DNA of 38,689 nt from Thermodesulfovibrionia bacterium (GCA_041478735.1 JBGOWS010000001.1:1-38689); one strand, 5' to 3'; positions 23,707 through 32,739 are shown, counted from the stretch's first letter. The notes: generated by a model from the letters alone, not told the origin. Numbers and translations: made by a program.

Positions 23707-23778
23707 GAAGCCCAATTTACCAGAATCTATTATAATAACGAAGGGAAAAATAATTATAATATTTCATGGTCACCTTTT

Positions 23779-24357
23779 GTGGATAAAAAAGACTTTAAGA
23801 TACTTGTTGCAGACGATGATGAGATAGTGCGTGATGTTATAAGTTCCCTTCTTTCAAGGGAAGGGTACTCTGTTGTGGCAGCGAGGGATGGGTTTGATGC
23901 CATAAGGATCCTCAGGGTTGAAGATATAAGCCTTGTTATAACCGATCTTAGAATGCCAGGCACCGACGGCCTTGAAGTGCTCAGGTATGCTGTAAGAAAC
24001 AACCCTGACATTACGGTTGTTCTGCTTACAGCATACGGAACCCTGGATACTGCACTTGAAGCAATAACAGAGGGAGCATATGATTACCTGACAAAACCAT
24101 TCAAGGTTCAGGAGATAATTATCCTCGCAGAAAAGATATTTAAAAGGTCTGAATTGATATATGAAAACAGGGAGTTGAAGAAACATCTCAGGGATACCTA
24201 TCGTGACATTAATCTTATAAAGACAGTCGCCGGGAGCAACAATCCCGAGATAACAACAGCCTGTATAGAGAGAATAGAAAGGTTAAAGACGATGAATATC
24301 CTGACAAACCAGGAAGCAGATATCTTAAAGGAAAGGCTGGTTAAAGGAAATGGTTAA
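23779..24357 (+). CDS. Response-regulator receiver protein (REC + ~70-aa helical tail)
   Basis: ILVADDDE...LVITDLRMPGTDG...LLTAYG...YDYLTKPF are canonical CheY-like motifs. GTG start without a clear SD, so the start is uncertain. Confidence 0.8.
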   Translation: MDKKDFKILVADDDEIVRDVISSLLSREGYSVVAARDGFDAIRILRVEDISLVITDLRMPGTDGLEVLRYAVRNNPDITVVLLTAYGTLDTALEAITEGAYDYLTKPFKVQEIIILAEKIFKRSELIYENRELKKHLRDTYRDINLIKTVAGSNNPEITTACIERIERLKTMNILTNQEADILKERLVKGNG

Positions 24358-25834
24358 GGGAAAGATATTAATAGTTGATGATGACCCTACGGTCAGAGAT
24401 ATCCTCTCAGATATCCTCTCCGATATCGGCGGCTATAAGATAGATTTTGCCCTCAATGGTCTTGATGGGATGGAAAAGATCAAAAACAATGAATTCGATA
24501 TTATCTTTACAGACCTGACAATGCCGAAGATGAACGGCATGGACCTTTTAAGAGAGACCAAAGGTATTAGCCCCCTCACTCCTGTAGTTGTGATAACCGG
24601 CTTTTCATCTGTGGAAACTGCGATAAACGCAATGAAAGAAGGCGCCTGTGATTTTATAACAAAGCCATTTAAGCTTGATAAGGTAATCTCCGTAGCAGAC
24701 AGAATAATTGGCGAGAGAAGGCTTTTAAGCAACATTGCAATAAAAGGCGATTATGAAGCTTCCATAGGAAAGCTGAATGCAGCGCTTTATAAAAAACTCC
24801 AGGAGATAAGTATTCTTCAGTCCATAAGCACTGAGCTTGACGGATTATATGACAATAAAGAGATATACGAGCGGATTGTGGAGATGACATCAAGACTCCT
24901 TATGGTGAAGGAGTCATCCTTTGGCATCATCGAAAATGGCTATCTAAAAATAAAAAGTTCAATAGGGGTTAGTGGAAAAAATATTCCCATTGCTAACAGT
25001 ATTTTTGAGAATGTAATGAAAAGCAAAAATTATTACACAGCCTCATTTGGGGAAATTAACCCCCTCAATGGAATCCCCCTTACCTCTTCCTTTCTTTCAA
25101 TTCCCCTTGCTATAAATAACGAGGTTTTCGGAATTTTGAACGTCTCAAACAAGGCAGATGGAACCACATTTATGGATGATGAGATATACCTTGCACTCAC
25201 CTTTGCTAAAAAGGCAGCCCTGAGGATAGAAAACAATGCCCTCTATGAGGTCCTTTACTCTAATCTGATGGATACATTGAAATCGCTGGTCATCAGTATC
25301 GAGGCCCGAGATATTTATATAAAACATCATTCAGAAAGGGGCACTTCATATTCCCTTGAGATTGCAGATGTAATGAACCTCAGCGAGTATGACAGGGATG
25401 CCATAAAGTTCGGCGGTTATCTCCACGACATAGGCAAGATAGGTGTGAGAGACACTGTTTTACTAAAGCCTGACAGGCTTTCCGATGAGGAAATGACTGA
25501 GATAATGCAGCACCCTGTTATTGGAGATAATATAATGAAGCCCATAAAGTTTTTCTCGAAGGAAAAGGGACTTATCCGGCACCACCATGAGAGGTTTGAC
25601 GGCAAAGGGTATCCCGATGGGATTGCAGGCAATGATATCCCTCTCATAGTGCGGATTCTCACTGTCGCTGATGCCTATGATGCCATGACCTCGTCAAGAC
25701 CGTATAGAGCTTCAAGAACTCACGCTTATGCAATAGAAGAATTGAAAAGATACTCTAATTCTCAGTTTGACGGAGAAGTTGTCCGCGCCTTTTTACAAAC
25801 ACCTTCAGGAATGGGCAAAAAATATGGGGCTTAA
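24350..25834 (+). CDS. REC-GAF-HD-GYP response regulator (RpfG-type c-di-GMP phosphodiesterase)
   Basis: REC motifs (ILIVDDDP, IIFTDLTMPKMNG, FITKPF), a central GAF-like region, HD (YLHDIGKIG) and HHERFDGKGYPDG (GYP) motifs. Confidence 0.85.
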   Translation: MVKGKILIVDDDPTVRDILSDILSDIGGYKIDFALNGLDGMEKIKNNEFDIIFTDLTMPKMNGMDLLRETKGISPLTPVVVITGFSSVETAINAMKEGACDFITKPFKLDKVISVADRIIGERRLLSNIAIKGDYEASIGKLNAALYKKLQEISILQSISTELDGLYDNKEIYERIVEMTSRLLMVKESSFGIIENGYLKIKSSIGVSGKNIPIANSIFENVMKSKNYYTASFGEINPLNGIPLTSSFLSIPLAINNEVFGILNVSNKADGTTFMDDEIYLALTFAKKAALRIENNALYEVLYSNLMDTLKSLVISIEARDIYIKHHSERGTSYSLEIADVMNLSEYDRDAIKFGGYLHDIGKIGVRDTVLLKPDRLSDEEMTEIMQHPVIGDNIMKPIKFFSKEKGLIRHHHERFDGKGYPDGIAGNDIPLIVRILTVADAYDAMTSSRPYRASRTHAYAIEELKRYSNSQFDGEVVRAFLQTPSGMGKKYGA

Positions 25835-26585
25835 ATCGGGAGAGGATATTTATTACAGGACAATGTCATCGCTGGAACGGCATGTTGCAACGGTAGTCTC
25901 TATAACTGATGAAGACATCCTCCTTCGAGTTCATCCTGGTCTGCCGACCGGTATTTCGAAGGGACAACGTATAGTAATCTCATGTAAAGACCTTGATTGC
26001 CATACCGAGGTTATCGGCATAGAAGGAAATATCCTAACCTTTAAAAGGATATGGTCAGGAAAACGTGAATATTTTCGTGCGGATGACTTCCTTCCTGTGC
26101 TAGCAACAAAGGCAATGTATGATCCATCTTGCAGGAAATCAAAGGTCTTTCTCGGATATAATATGGAGATAACTGATATGGAAGCGCCTGATGAGACAAT
26201 AAATCCACGCCTGTGGAAGATGCTCGTCGAGATCAACACCAAATTAGGATTGATACTGGAAAGGCTTCAGCTGGAGAGCGAGGGATTCACAAAGGGTGAA
26301 AATAAACAGGTGAATATCAGCGAATCAGGAATGAGATTTATAATGAACGAAAGGGTCGAGGCAGGAGATGTTCTTGAGATAAAATTACTTTTGTCCTCAT
26401 CTCCTCCTTTGGGAATACTCACATATGGAAATGTTGTAAGGGTAAATAATATTGGAGATGGTAAATATGAGGTTGCTTTACATTTTTCTGATATGGATGA
26501 TGAGGTGAGGGAAGAGATAAGCAAGCATATCCTTAAGCGCCAGAGAGGGATTATAAAGAAGCAGTTGCAGCAGATTGAACGGTGA
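25824..26585 (+). CDS. PilZ-domain c-di-GMP receptor with an N-terminal beta-barrel (YcgR-like architecture)
   Basis: RxxxR (REYFR) and (D/N)xSxxG (NISESG) c-di-GMP-binding motifs in the correct order. The start is ambiguous among 25767, 25824 and 25863. Confidence 0.7.
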   Translation: MGLKSGEDIYYRTMSSLERHVATVVSITDEDILLRVHPGLPTGISKGQRIVISCKDLDCHTEVIGIEGNILTFKRIWSGKREYFRADDFLPVLATKAMYDPSCRKSKVFLGYNMEITDMEAPDETINPRLWKMLVEINTKLGLILERLQLESEGFTKGENKQVNISESGMRFIMNERVEAGDVLEIKLLLSSSPPLGILTYGNVVRVNNIGDGKYEVALHFSDMDDEVREEISKHILKRQRGIIKKQLQQIER

Positions 26586-26638
26586 GGATAGGAATTTACA
26601 CGCATAAGGGAGGAAAAGAGAAGTGAGGTCTGAGGAGT

Positions 26639-28114
26639 ATGGCAGAGGCGATGAAAAATAAGATACTATTCATTGATGATAACCTTTCTAACCATGAACT
26701 TATAAACACGGCCTTCATGAGGCACGGGAACAATTCCCTTCTGCTATTCCTGACATCTGCAGAGGCTGGACTTGGTATCCTAAAAAAGGAAGCAGTAAAG
26801 GCCGTTTTTGTCAACCAGTACCTTCCCGGTAAAGATGGCTTTGATTTCCTGAAAGAATTAAAGAGCCTGAAGATACAGGTACCTGTGATTATGCTGATAT
26901 CAGGCGAAGATAAAACTGTTGTTCAAAAGGCAATCAGGGAAGGCGCAAATGATTGGGTAATAAATGATGCCAGATATTTTGATAGCCTTCCTTTCGTTCT
27001 CGATTGTGCTATTGCCAGATACGATCTCGATAGGGAAAGGACAGAGAGTGGAAGGTTAATAATTGAAAGCCATCATCAGTGGATGGCTCTTATAGACGGC
27101 ATAACAGATTTCGTATTTATAACGGACGAAGAATTAAGAATATTCAAGGCAAATCGTGCGCTGGCAACGGCATTTGGTAAGAACCCTAAAGATATTTTAG
27201 GCATTAAATGTCATGAGTTATTGGGTATAGATTTATCAAAGGCGCTAAGCCCCTCTATAGAGAATAGTCTTCCACATGCAGAAGAGAGAACCATAAATAA
27301 TGAGACATATCTGATAAGCTCGTTCCCTTTGCATTACAACAATATGCCTTTGACCATTCATCTGATGAAAAATATCACAGAGATAAGAAGAATGAAAGAG
27401 CAGCTCTACCATTCTTATAAACTTGCATCGCTCGGCCTTCTTGTTTCTGGTGTTGCCCATGAGATTAACAACCCGCTTACAGGAGTAATTACCTACACAG
27501 AGCTTCTCAGGATGAAGGTCATGAACGAAGAGATTAAATGGGGATTGAAAAAGATACTTGAGAGCGCTGAAAGATGTAAAAAGGTTGTTGAAAACCTGCT
27601 TACATTTTCCAGACAGAGGATGCCTTCAAAGAGTCTTGAGTCAATAAATGATCTTATTGATAGGACTATAGACCTCAGGATTTACTGGCTGAGGAAAAAT
27701 AATATCGAGATTGTGAAGGAATACGGGGAACTTCCTACTCTTTTAGTCGACTCTCAACAGTTACAACTGGCTATACTCAATGTCCTTCTCAATGCCGAAC
27801 AGGCGATCGGCTCAAATATAAATAACGGCATGGTTACATTTAGCACAAGGTATGACAAGGAAAAGCATAAGGTAATAATAAAGATTTCTGACAATGGCCC
27901 CGGAATTCCACAAGATATAATCTCAAAGATATTCGACCCATTCTTTACCACAAAGCCTGTGGGTACTGGAACAGGGCTTGGACTTTCCATATCCCACGGC
28001 ATAATTGCCGAACATGAAGGCAACATAAGAGTCGAAAGCTCTGAGGGAAAGGGCGCCACCTTCTTCATAGAACTCCCCCAGAAACCTAAGAATGTCACTG
28101 AAATAGGCTATTAA
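26639..28114 (+). CDS. Histidine kinase: receiver-like domain lacking the acceptor Asp + PAS + HisKA + HATPase
   Basis: H-box VAHEINNPLTG, N-box LLNAEQA, G1 DNGPGI, G2 GTGLGLS. The N-terminal REC-like domain has FVNQYLPGKDG where receivers have xxD. Confidence 0.8.
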   Translation: MAEAMKNKILFIDDNLSNHELINTAFMRHGNNSLLLFLTSAEAGLGILKKEAVKAVFVNQYLPGKDGFDFLKELKSLKIQVPVIMLISGEDKTVVQKAIREGANDWVINDARYFDSLPFVLDCAIARYDLDRERTESGRLIIESHHQWMALIDGITDFVFITDEELRIFKANRALATAFGKNPKDILGIKCHELLGIDLSKALSPSIENSLPHAEERTINNETYLISSFPLHYNNMPLTIHLMKNITEIRRMKEQLYHSYKLASLGLLVSGVAHEINNPLTGVITYTELLRMKVMNEEIKWGLKKILESAERCKKVVENLLTFSRQRMPSKSLESINDLIDRTIDLRIYWLRKNNIEIVKEYGELPTLLVDSQQLQLAILNVLLNAEQAIGSNINNGMVTFSTRYDKEKHKVIIKISDNGPGIPQDIISKIFDPFFTTKPVGTGTGLGLSISHGIIAEHEGNIRVESSEGKGATFFIELPQKPKNVTEIGY

Positions 28115-28115
28115 T

Positions 28116-28973
28116 ATGTTCGTTATTATAGGTATACTTGTAGTTATAGGCTCTGTCGTATTCGGTTTCTTAATGGAGAAGGGCAACCTTTATGTTCTTT
28201 TCCAGCCTGCAGAGTTTGTTATCATATTCGGCGCTGCAATCGGCTCTTTTCTCATATCCTCTCCACCAAAGGTTATGGGCGCTGTTATCAAGGACATTAC
28301 CTCAATTATGAACTCGAAGAATCAGAACAAGGAAAAATATCTTGAACTTCTCACGCTCCTCTACCAGTTATTCTCAAAGATACGGAAGGGGGGCCTTATA
28401 TCAATAGAATCCGACATCGAGAATCCTGATAAGAGCGCTATCTTTAACAGGTATAGCAGTGTCATGACAAATCATCATATCGTTAACTTTATATGTGATA
28501 CCCTTAAGGTGATTATAACAACAAATGTCCCTCCACATGAACTCGATAACTTAATGGAACTCGAGATCGAAACCAATTACCAGGATGCTATGGTCCCATC
28601 CAATAGCATCGCAAAGGTAGCGGATGCACTGCCGGGACTCGGTATTGTTGCGGCGGTTCTGGGTGTTGTCCTCACTATGGGCAAGATTGACCAGCCTCCT
28701 GCTGTACTCGGCCATAGCATAGGGGCTGCCCTTGTGGGAACATTTATTGGGGTATTAATGTGCTATGGCTTTGTAGGCCCAATAGCAACAAATCTTGAAC
28801 ATAGGGTACAGGAAGGTAGCGTATGTTTTCAGATCATAAAAATAGCGTTGGTAGCGTTTGTTGGAGGTTCACCACCCCAGATGGCAGTTGAGTTCGCTAG
28901 AAGGGCGATACCGGGGAAAGAGAGACCGACCTTTGATGAACTGGAAAACGCTGTGATGGGAAGGGCAAAATGA
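28116..28973 (+). CDS. motA: Flagellar stator protein MotA
   Basis: Four TM segments, the MotA/TolQ/ExbB channel region (LPGLGIVAAVLGVVLTMG...ALVGTFIGVLMCYGF), and a position immediately upstream of motB. Confidence 0.85.
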   Translation: MFVIIGILVVIGSVVFGFLMEKGNLYVLFQPAEFVIIFGAAIGSFLISSPPKVMGAVIKDITSIMNSKNQNKEKYLELLTLLYQLFSKIRKGGLISIESDIENPDKSAIFNRYSSVMTNHHIVNFICDTLKVIITTNVPPHELDNLMELEIETNYQDAMVPSNSIAKVADALPGLGIVAAVLGVVLTMGKIDQPPAVLGHSIGAALVGTFIGVLMCYGFVGPIATNLEHRVQEGSVCFQIIKIALVAFVGGSPPQMAVEFARRAIPGKERPTFDELENAVMGRAK

Positions 28974-29743
28974 AGGAAACCAAGATCATTATTAAAAAGG
29001 TTAAAAAACGGAGCGAAAAAGGTAGTCATGGTGGGCAATGGAAGGTTGCATATGCAGACTTTGTTACAGCCTTGATGGCATTCTTCCTGCTTCTGTGGCT
29101 CATATCAATGATCGCGCCGGAAAAGAGGGCAAGGGTTGCTCACTATTTTAAGCACTTTACCATATTCGAACGGAGCGGCCAATCCTTCATGGATAAATCA
29201 AGTGAAGTCTTTAATGAGGCAGGCGAAGCAGCCAAAAAGGTCCCTCATGAATTACAAGGGACATATAATGTAAAACCCGAGGAATTTAAAGAGTCAATAA
29301 GGAAGGCTATAGAAGAGAAACTCGGAGACATAAAGGATCAGATAATTGTGGATATGTTTGAAGGCGGGGTTCGTATTCAACTTGTAGACATAGAAGGCAG
29401 GCCTATGTTTGACCTTGGTTCATCAAAACCAACACCCCTTGCCATAAGAATATTGCAGGTAATTGGAGATAACATCAAACCCCTCCCTAATCCTGTCGCC
29501 ATAGAGGGTCATACTGATTCATTAATATATAGACACACAAGTTATAGCAACTGGGAACTCTCCACAGAGCGCGCACTAACAGCAAGAAAGGAACTGGAAA
29601 GATATGGGCTTGACCCGGCTCGCCTCACAAGGGTTGCAGGCTATGCAGATACAGTGCCCTTTATAAAGGAAGACCCGAGAGACCCAAGGAATAGAAGGAT
29701 AAGCATAATACTCATGTTTCAAATGCGTGAAGGAGAACCCTGA
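28970..29743 (+). CDS. motB: Flagellar stator protein MotB (OmpA-like peptidoglycan-binding C-terminus)
   Basis: WKVAYADFVTALMAFFLLLW plug/TM region with the conserved Asp. C-terminal IEGHTDS...SNWELSTERA...R OmpA-like motif. ATGA overlap with motA. Confidence 0.85.
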   Translation: MKETKIIIKKVKKRSEKGSHGGQWKVAYADFVTALMAFFLLLWLISMIAPEKRARVAHYFKHFTIFERSGQSFMDKSSEVFNEAGEAAKKVPHELQGTYNVKPEEFKESIRKAIEEKLGDIKDQIIVDMFEGGVRIQLVDIEGRPMFDLGSSKPTPLAIRILQVIGDNIKPLPNPVAIEGHTDSLIYRHTSYSNWELSTERALTARKELERYGLDPARLTRVAGYADTVPFIKEDPRDPRNRRISIILMFQMREGEP

Positions 29744-29748
29744 AAATA

Positions 29749-29961
29749 TTACCTATAGCCCTCCCTCTGCTCCATTCTTATCTGGATATTGTTTGTTCTA
29801 ACTATATACCTATGGGCAAGCCCGTGGAACTCTGCTGATGGATTAGAGACAAAGTCTAAGCTGGTAAATTGTGAACCCTGATCAGAGTTAAAGATGTCCG
29901 GCATTCCTATGGCAAATGCCTTCTGTAGAGCACTTATACAGAAATCCAACCTCAAGGCCAA
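29749..29961 (-). pseudogene. IS3-family transposase (integrase core) fragment
   Basis: PDIFNSDQGSQFTSLDF is the DDE-core HSDxGSQYTS block. There is no N- or C-terminal remainder. Confidence 0.6.
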
Positions 29962-30051
29962 TCATCTTTGCTACATCTGATTGGGATAACTTAAATCAAG
30001 CCTTTTCTTTCTAATGTGTTAACCGATTGTTAAGGTAAAAACAGATAACCT

Positions 30052-30502
30052 TTGCATCAGTGCACATGCACACCTGGCCAGATACATCATTACAGGCACA
30101 GGGTCTCAGGCCCGCTTCTTGACAGGATTGATATCTATATAGAGGTGCCAGCAGTGCCATATAAAGAACTGTCTAATGAATATTCAGGTGAGAAATCAGA
30201 AGACATAATGAAACGGGTTGGCGCTGCAAGGGGCATTCAGCTGGAGCGTTTTAAGAACGACAAGAAAATATTCAAATGGCCAGATGAAGACAAGGCATAT
30301 AAAGAAGTATTGCAGTCTCCGGGCGGATGCACAGGTACTTATCGAGACTGCTATGCACAAACTCGGCCTTTCTGCAAGGGCGTATACGAGAATATTGAAA
30401 TTATCACGGACTATTGCTGACCTTGAGGCTTCAGAGGAAATACAGTCCCACCATGTCTCAGAGGCTATTCAGTACAGGACGCTGGATAGAGGGGTGTTTT
30501 AG
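30052..30502 (+). pseudogene. comM: comM/yifB (Mg-chelatase-like AAA+ ATPase) 3' fragment, frameshifted
   Basis: CTCTPGQIHHYRHRVSGPLLDRIDIYIEVP in one frame continues as [15 protein letters not shown]...[21 protein letters not shown]...AIQYR in another. The frameshift lies near 30262-30272, and the N-terminal two thirds are missing. Confidence 0.7.
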
Positions 30503-30568
30503 GATTTTTTTGAAAATAAATAAGTTATTATATACTTCATTTAAAGATATGCAGCAAGGAGGTTTATT

Positions 30569-30811
30569 ATGACGCACCCGCTTCTCAATCGTATCTCCGT
30601 TGATCGAAATGTTTGCTTTGGCAAACCTTGTATTCGGGGCACTAGAATCTGGGTATCCCTTATTCTCGATTTCCTTGCCAGCGGGATGACGATTAAGGAG
30701 ATAATTGAAGAATATCCTCAACTGACAGAAGATGATATCCGAGCTGCCATAGCTTACGGTGCAGAAATGTCACGTGAACGATATGTTGAAGTCCCAGCCA
30801 AAACGACTTGA
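30569..30811 (+). CDS. DUF433-domain protein (antitoxin-like partner of DUF5615)
   Basis: ISVDRNVCFGKPCIRGTRIWVSLILDFLASGMTIKEIIEEYPQLTEDDIRAAIAY is the DUF433 signature. Confidence 0.75.
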   Translation: MTHPLLNRISVDRNVCFGKPCIRGTRIWVSLILDFLASGMTIKEIIEEYPQLTEDDIRAAIAYGAEMSRERYVEVPAKTT

Positions 30812-30817
30812 TAATTA

Positions 30818-31092
30818 ATGAAGTTCAAACTTGACGAGAATTTTGGAACGCGGACCAACAATTATTTCATGCTGCTGGGCACGAAGTTGAAACAATCAGA
30901 AGCCAAGAGTTACAGGGATGTTCAGACTTTCATCTTTTTGAAATATGTTGTACTGAACAGCGCTGTCTTGTTACATTGGATCTGGATTTTTCAGATGTTA
31001 CACGTTTTCCGCCTGCCAAAGCCGCTGGTATAGTTGTTACTCGAGTCCTCAACTTGATTGGCAGCGAGTCATGCCCTGTTTCTCTGAGTTAA
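30818..31092 (+). pseudogene. DUF5615 (PIN-like/Mut7-C toxin) gene with a frameshift near 30850
   Basis: MKFKLDENFGTR in frame 1 continues as ADQQLFHAAGHEVETIRSQELQG...RCLVTLDLDFSDVTRFPPAKAAGIVV in a second frame. Confidence 0.65.
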
Positions 31093-31714
31093 AAAAATTG
31101 ACGAGAAAACAATCGACTTTATCGTTTTATTGTTAAAGCCGTGGCCATTCACTAATGAGTTCACCCGTGGAGATCCAAACTTGAATTACTTGTTCAGTCA
31201 ACGTGCGCTGAAATAAACAACGTAATAAAAAAGCTTTCACCTTTAGCAGTACAATTTAATAATATTCAATTCCCATATTCTGACTTATTACCTAATGTAG
31301 AATTCGACCACATTCAATGTAACTATTACTTGAGCTTATGTCACAAGATAGTTCAAATAGGTCATAAAATTCCAACCATGCACTTTAAGCATTTTAGAAT
31401 AGAGAAAAGTAAATATAGATCTCCTCAGAAACACACTTTCTGGAAATATGCTGTTACCGGTGCGGTTCATGAGCTTAATAAATATTGCCATGATAATAGC
31501 TGCGACCGGAAATGCAATATCTTTCATCTCCAAGCGTTCCGAGTGGTAGCCCGCCTCCTCAAGATATTATACCCATCCATCTGGCGAGAAAGGCTTGATG
31601 CGATTACCAAAAAGATAAAGGCCAAATGTTATAAGCTTTATTACTTCACTCCCTCATAGGTATATGTTCACTCATCGAAGAGTGTCTAAGAGCGGTTTAG
31701 TATTTTTTCTCACG

Positions 31715-32047
31715 TCACGCGTAACTGTTAAAAAATACTTTCCATTTCAACTCTTCCATTTTTTCAGGCAAAATGAGATTGCATTGAAAGAGATTTATGA
31801 TGGTTGATATTGCAGACTTTATGGCAGAAGGTTTAAGCAGTCCAGCCTCTTTCCAGTTCTTGATGAGGCATTAACCGATCTCGAAGGACTTCCCTGTCTG
31901 GCTGGTGACAGCCATGATAACAGTGTCCTGCGAAACTGCATTATAGCGTGAGGAACTGATTACTACTGCTGGGCGTTTCTTGGTGGTTGTTTGATCGCTG
32001 AAGGGGAAAGGTACGAGGACGATATCCCCTCGCTTATAGGCTGTCAT
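31715..32047 (-). pseudogene. MazF/PemK-family toxin with an in-frame TAA (plus-strand 31871-31873)
   Basis: The minus strand reads MTAYKRGDIVLVPFPFSDQTTTKKRPAVVISSSRYNAVSQDTVIMAVTSQTGKSFEIG*CLIKNWKEAGLLKPSAIKSAISTI.... Its ATG overlaps the antitoxin stop (ATGACAGCCTATAA). Confidence 0.7.
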
Positions 32048-32230
32048 AGACAGCGTCCTCTTCGTTATCCCAGACCTTATCGAAAGACGCTTTGGATAAT
32101 TCCTGAGAGGCTTTCACGAGAGGCACTTTTTCTCTTTTGTTTCAAGAAACTGAATAAAATCGAAAACCTCTTGGAGAAGATTTTCTGGTAGCTTCTCTAT
32201 TTCGCTTTTGATCATCTCTTTTACTGACAT
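32034..32230 (-). pseudogene. DUF2281-type antitoxin, frameshifted in an A-run
   Basis: MSVKEMIKSEIEKLPENLLQEVFDFIQFLETKEKK then shifts to PLVKASQELSKASFDKVWDNEEDAVYDSL*. GGAGG lies 6 nt upstream of the ATG, with a perfect TATAAT further upstream on the minus strand. Confidence 0.65.
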
Positions 32231-32289
32231 CGTTGACCTCCTTCTTAAATAAGATTATACCTGAACCGGCTGATTCTTTTCACTTCTAT

Positions 32290-32588
32290 TTTTTCCAGGG
32301 GCTTGGCCGAGACTTGCCGAAGTATTGCAAGGAGAAGGACAAGCTTGGAGGAGCGAAGTATGGGCTTGTCCCTGGCATGAGCTTGAAGATAGAGAGGAGC
32401 GGAAGCTTGAAGCTGACCCTTGCCGTGCCGCAATGTTCCGTGCGAAGTCAAAGGATCATAAGGGCACTATTTGCAAGGGGGATGACAGGACCGCAATCCC
32501 GAAAGCTTTCGGGACTGAGCGAAGGGGGCTATGGATAAACCTGGTGGCTGTGAGTGGCGGGCGGGAGTAGCAGGCACTCCTTTTTTGG
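32290..32588 (+). other. GC-rich, helix-rich non-coding segment (candidate structured RNA or decayed sequence)
   Basis: Noticeably more GC-rich than its flanks. Helices GGACAAGC/GCTTGTCC (separated by 19 nt) and the 16-nt palindrome CCCGAAAGCTTTCGGG. GAGCGRAAG recurs three times, and the segment ends in a hairpin plus a T6 run. No convincing ORF. Confidence 0.3.
32563..32586 (+). terminator. Weak rho-independent terminator candidate
   Basis: GGAGT-AGCAGGC-ACTCC followed by TTTTTT. The stem is only 5-6 bp. Confidence 0.35.
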
Positions 32589-32602
32589 ACTTTTAACAGT
32601 AG

Positions 32603-32618
32603 CGTGATAAAATCGTGA
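32603..32618 (+). repeat. Left copy of a 16-bp direct repeat, CGTGATAAAATCGTGA
   Basis: An exact copy recurs at 32835-32850. Together the two copies bracket the tRNA-Ala 3' fragment. Confidence 0.9.
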
Positions 32619-32739
32619 CAAAATACGGCTAAAATGGTATAACTCTATCGAGCTATGTAGCTGAAGGAAACTCCGTCAAACCTTTTATTGGCAAGGCTTT
32701 TCTGGTATTTTCAAGCACTTGTCATAATCCCCTGGCTAA

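Noticed and set aside
31330-31659. Track ORFs 31330..31659 (+) and 31336..31533 (-) as genes.
   Set aside because: Neither has family resemblance or an RBS. The minus strand shows only a stop-interrupted methyltransferase-like C-terminal relic, so I treated the region as decayed DNA.
32233-32261. Plus-strand sigma-70-like promoter TTGACC-N17-TATACC that could drive the GC-rich segment.
   Set aside because: The -10 region is the mirror of a perfect TATAAT on the minus strand that is properly placed for the antitoxin-toxin operon, and the TTGACC overlaps that operon's SD. The plus-strand reading is therefore probably coincidental. I kept it only as a weak possibility.
32490-32550. TPP-riboswitch-like words (CUGAGC, GGAUAAACCUGG).
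   Set aside because: The order and spacing do not fit the THI-box (CUGAGA ... ACCUGAUCUGGAUAAUGCCAGCG), and no downstream thiamine-related gene is present.
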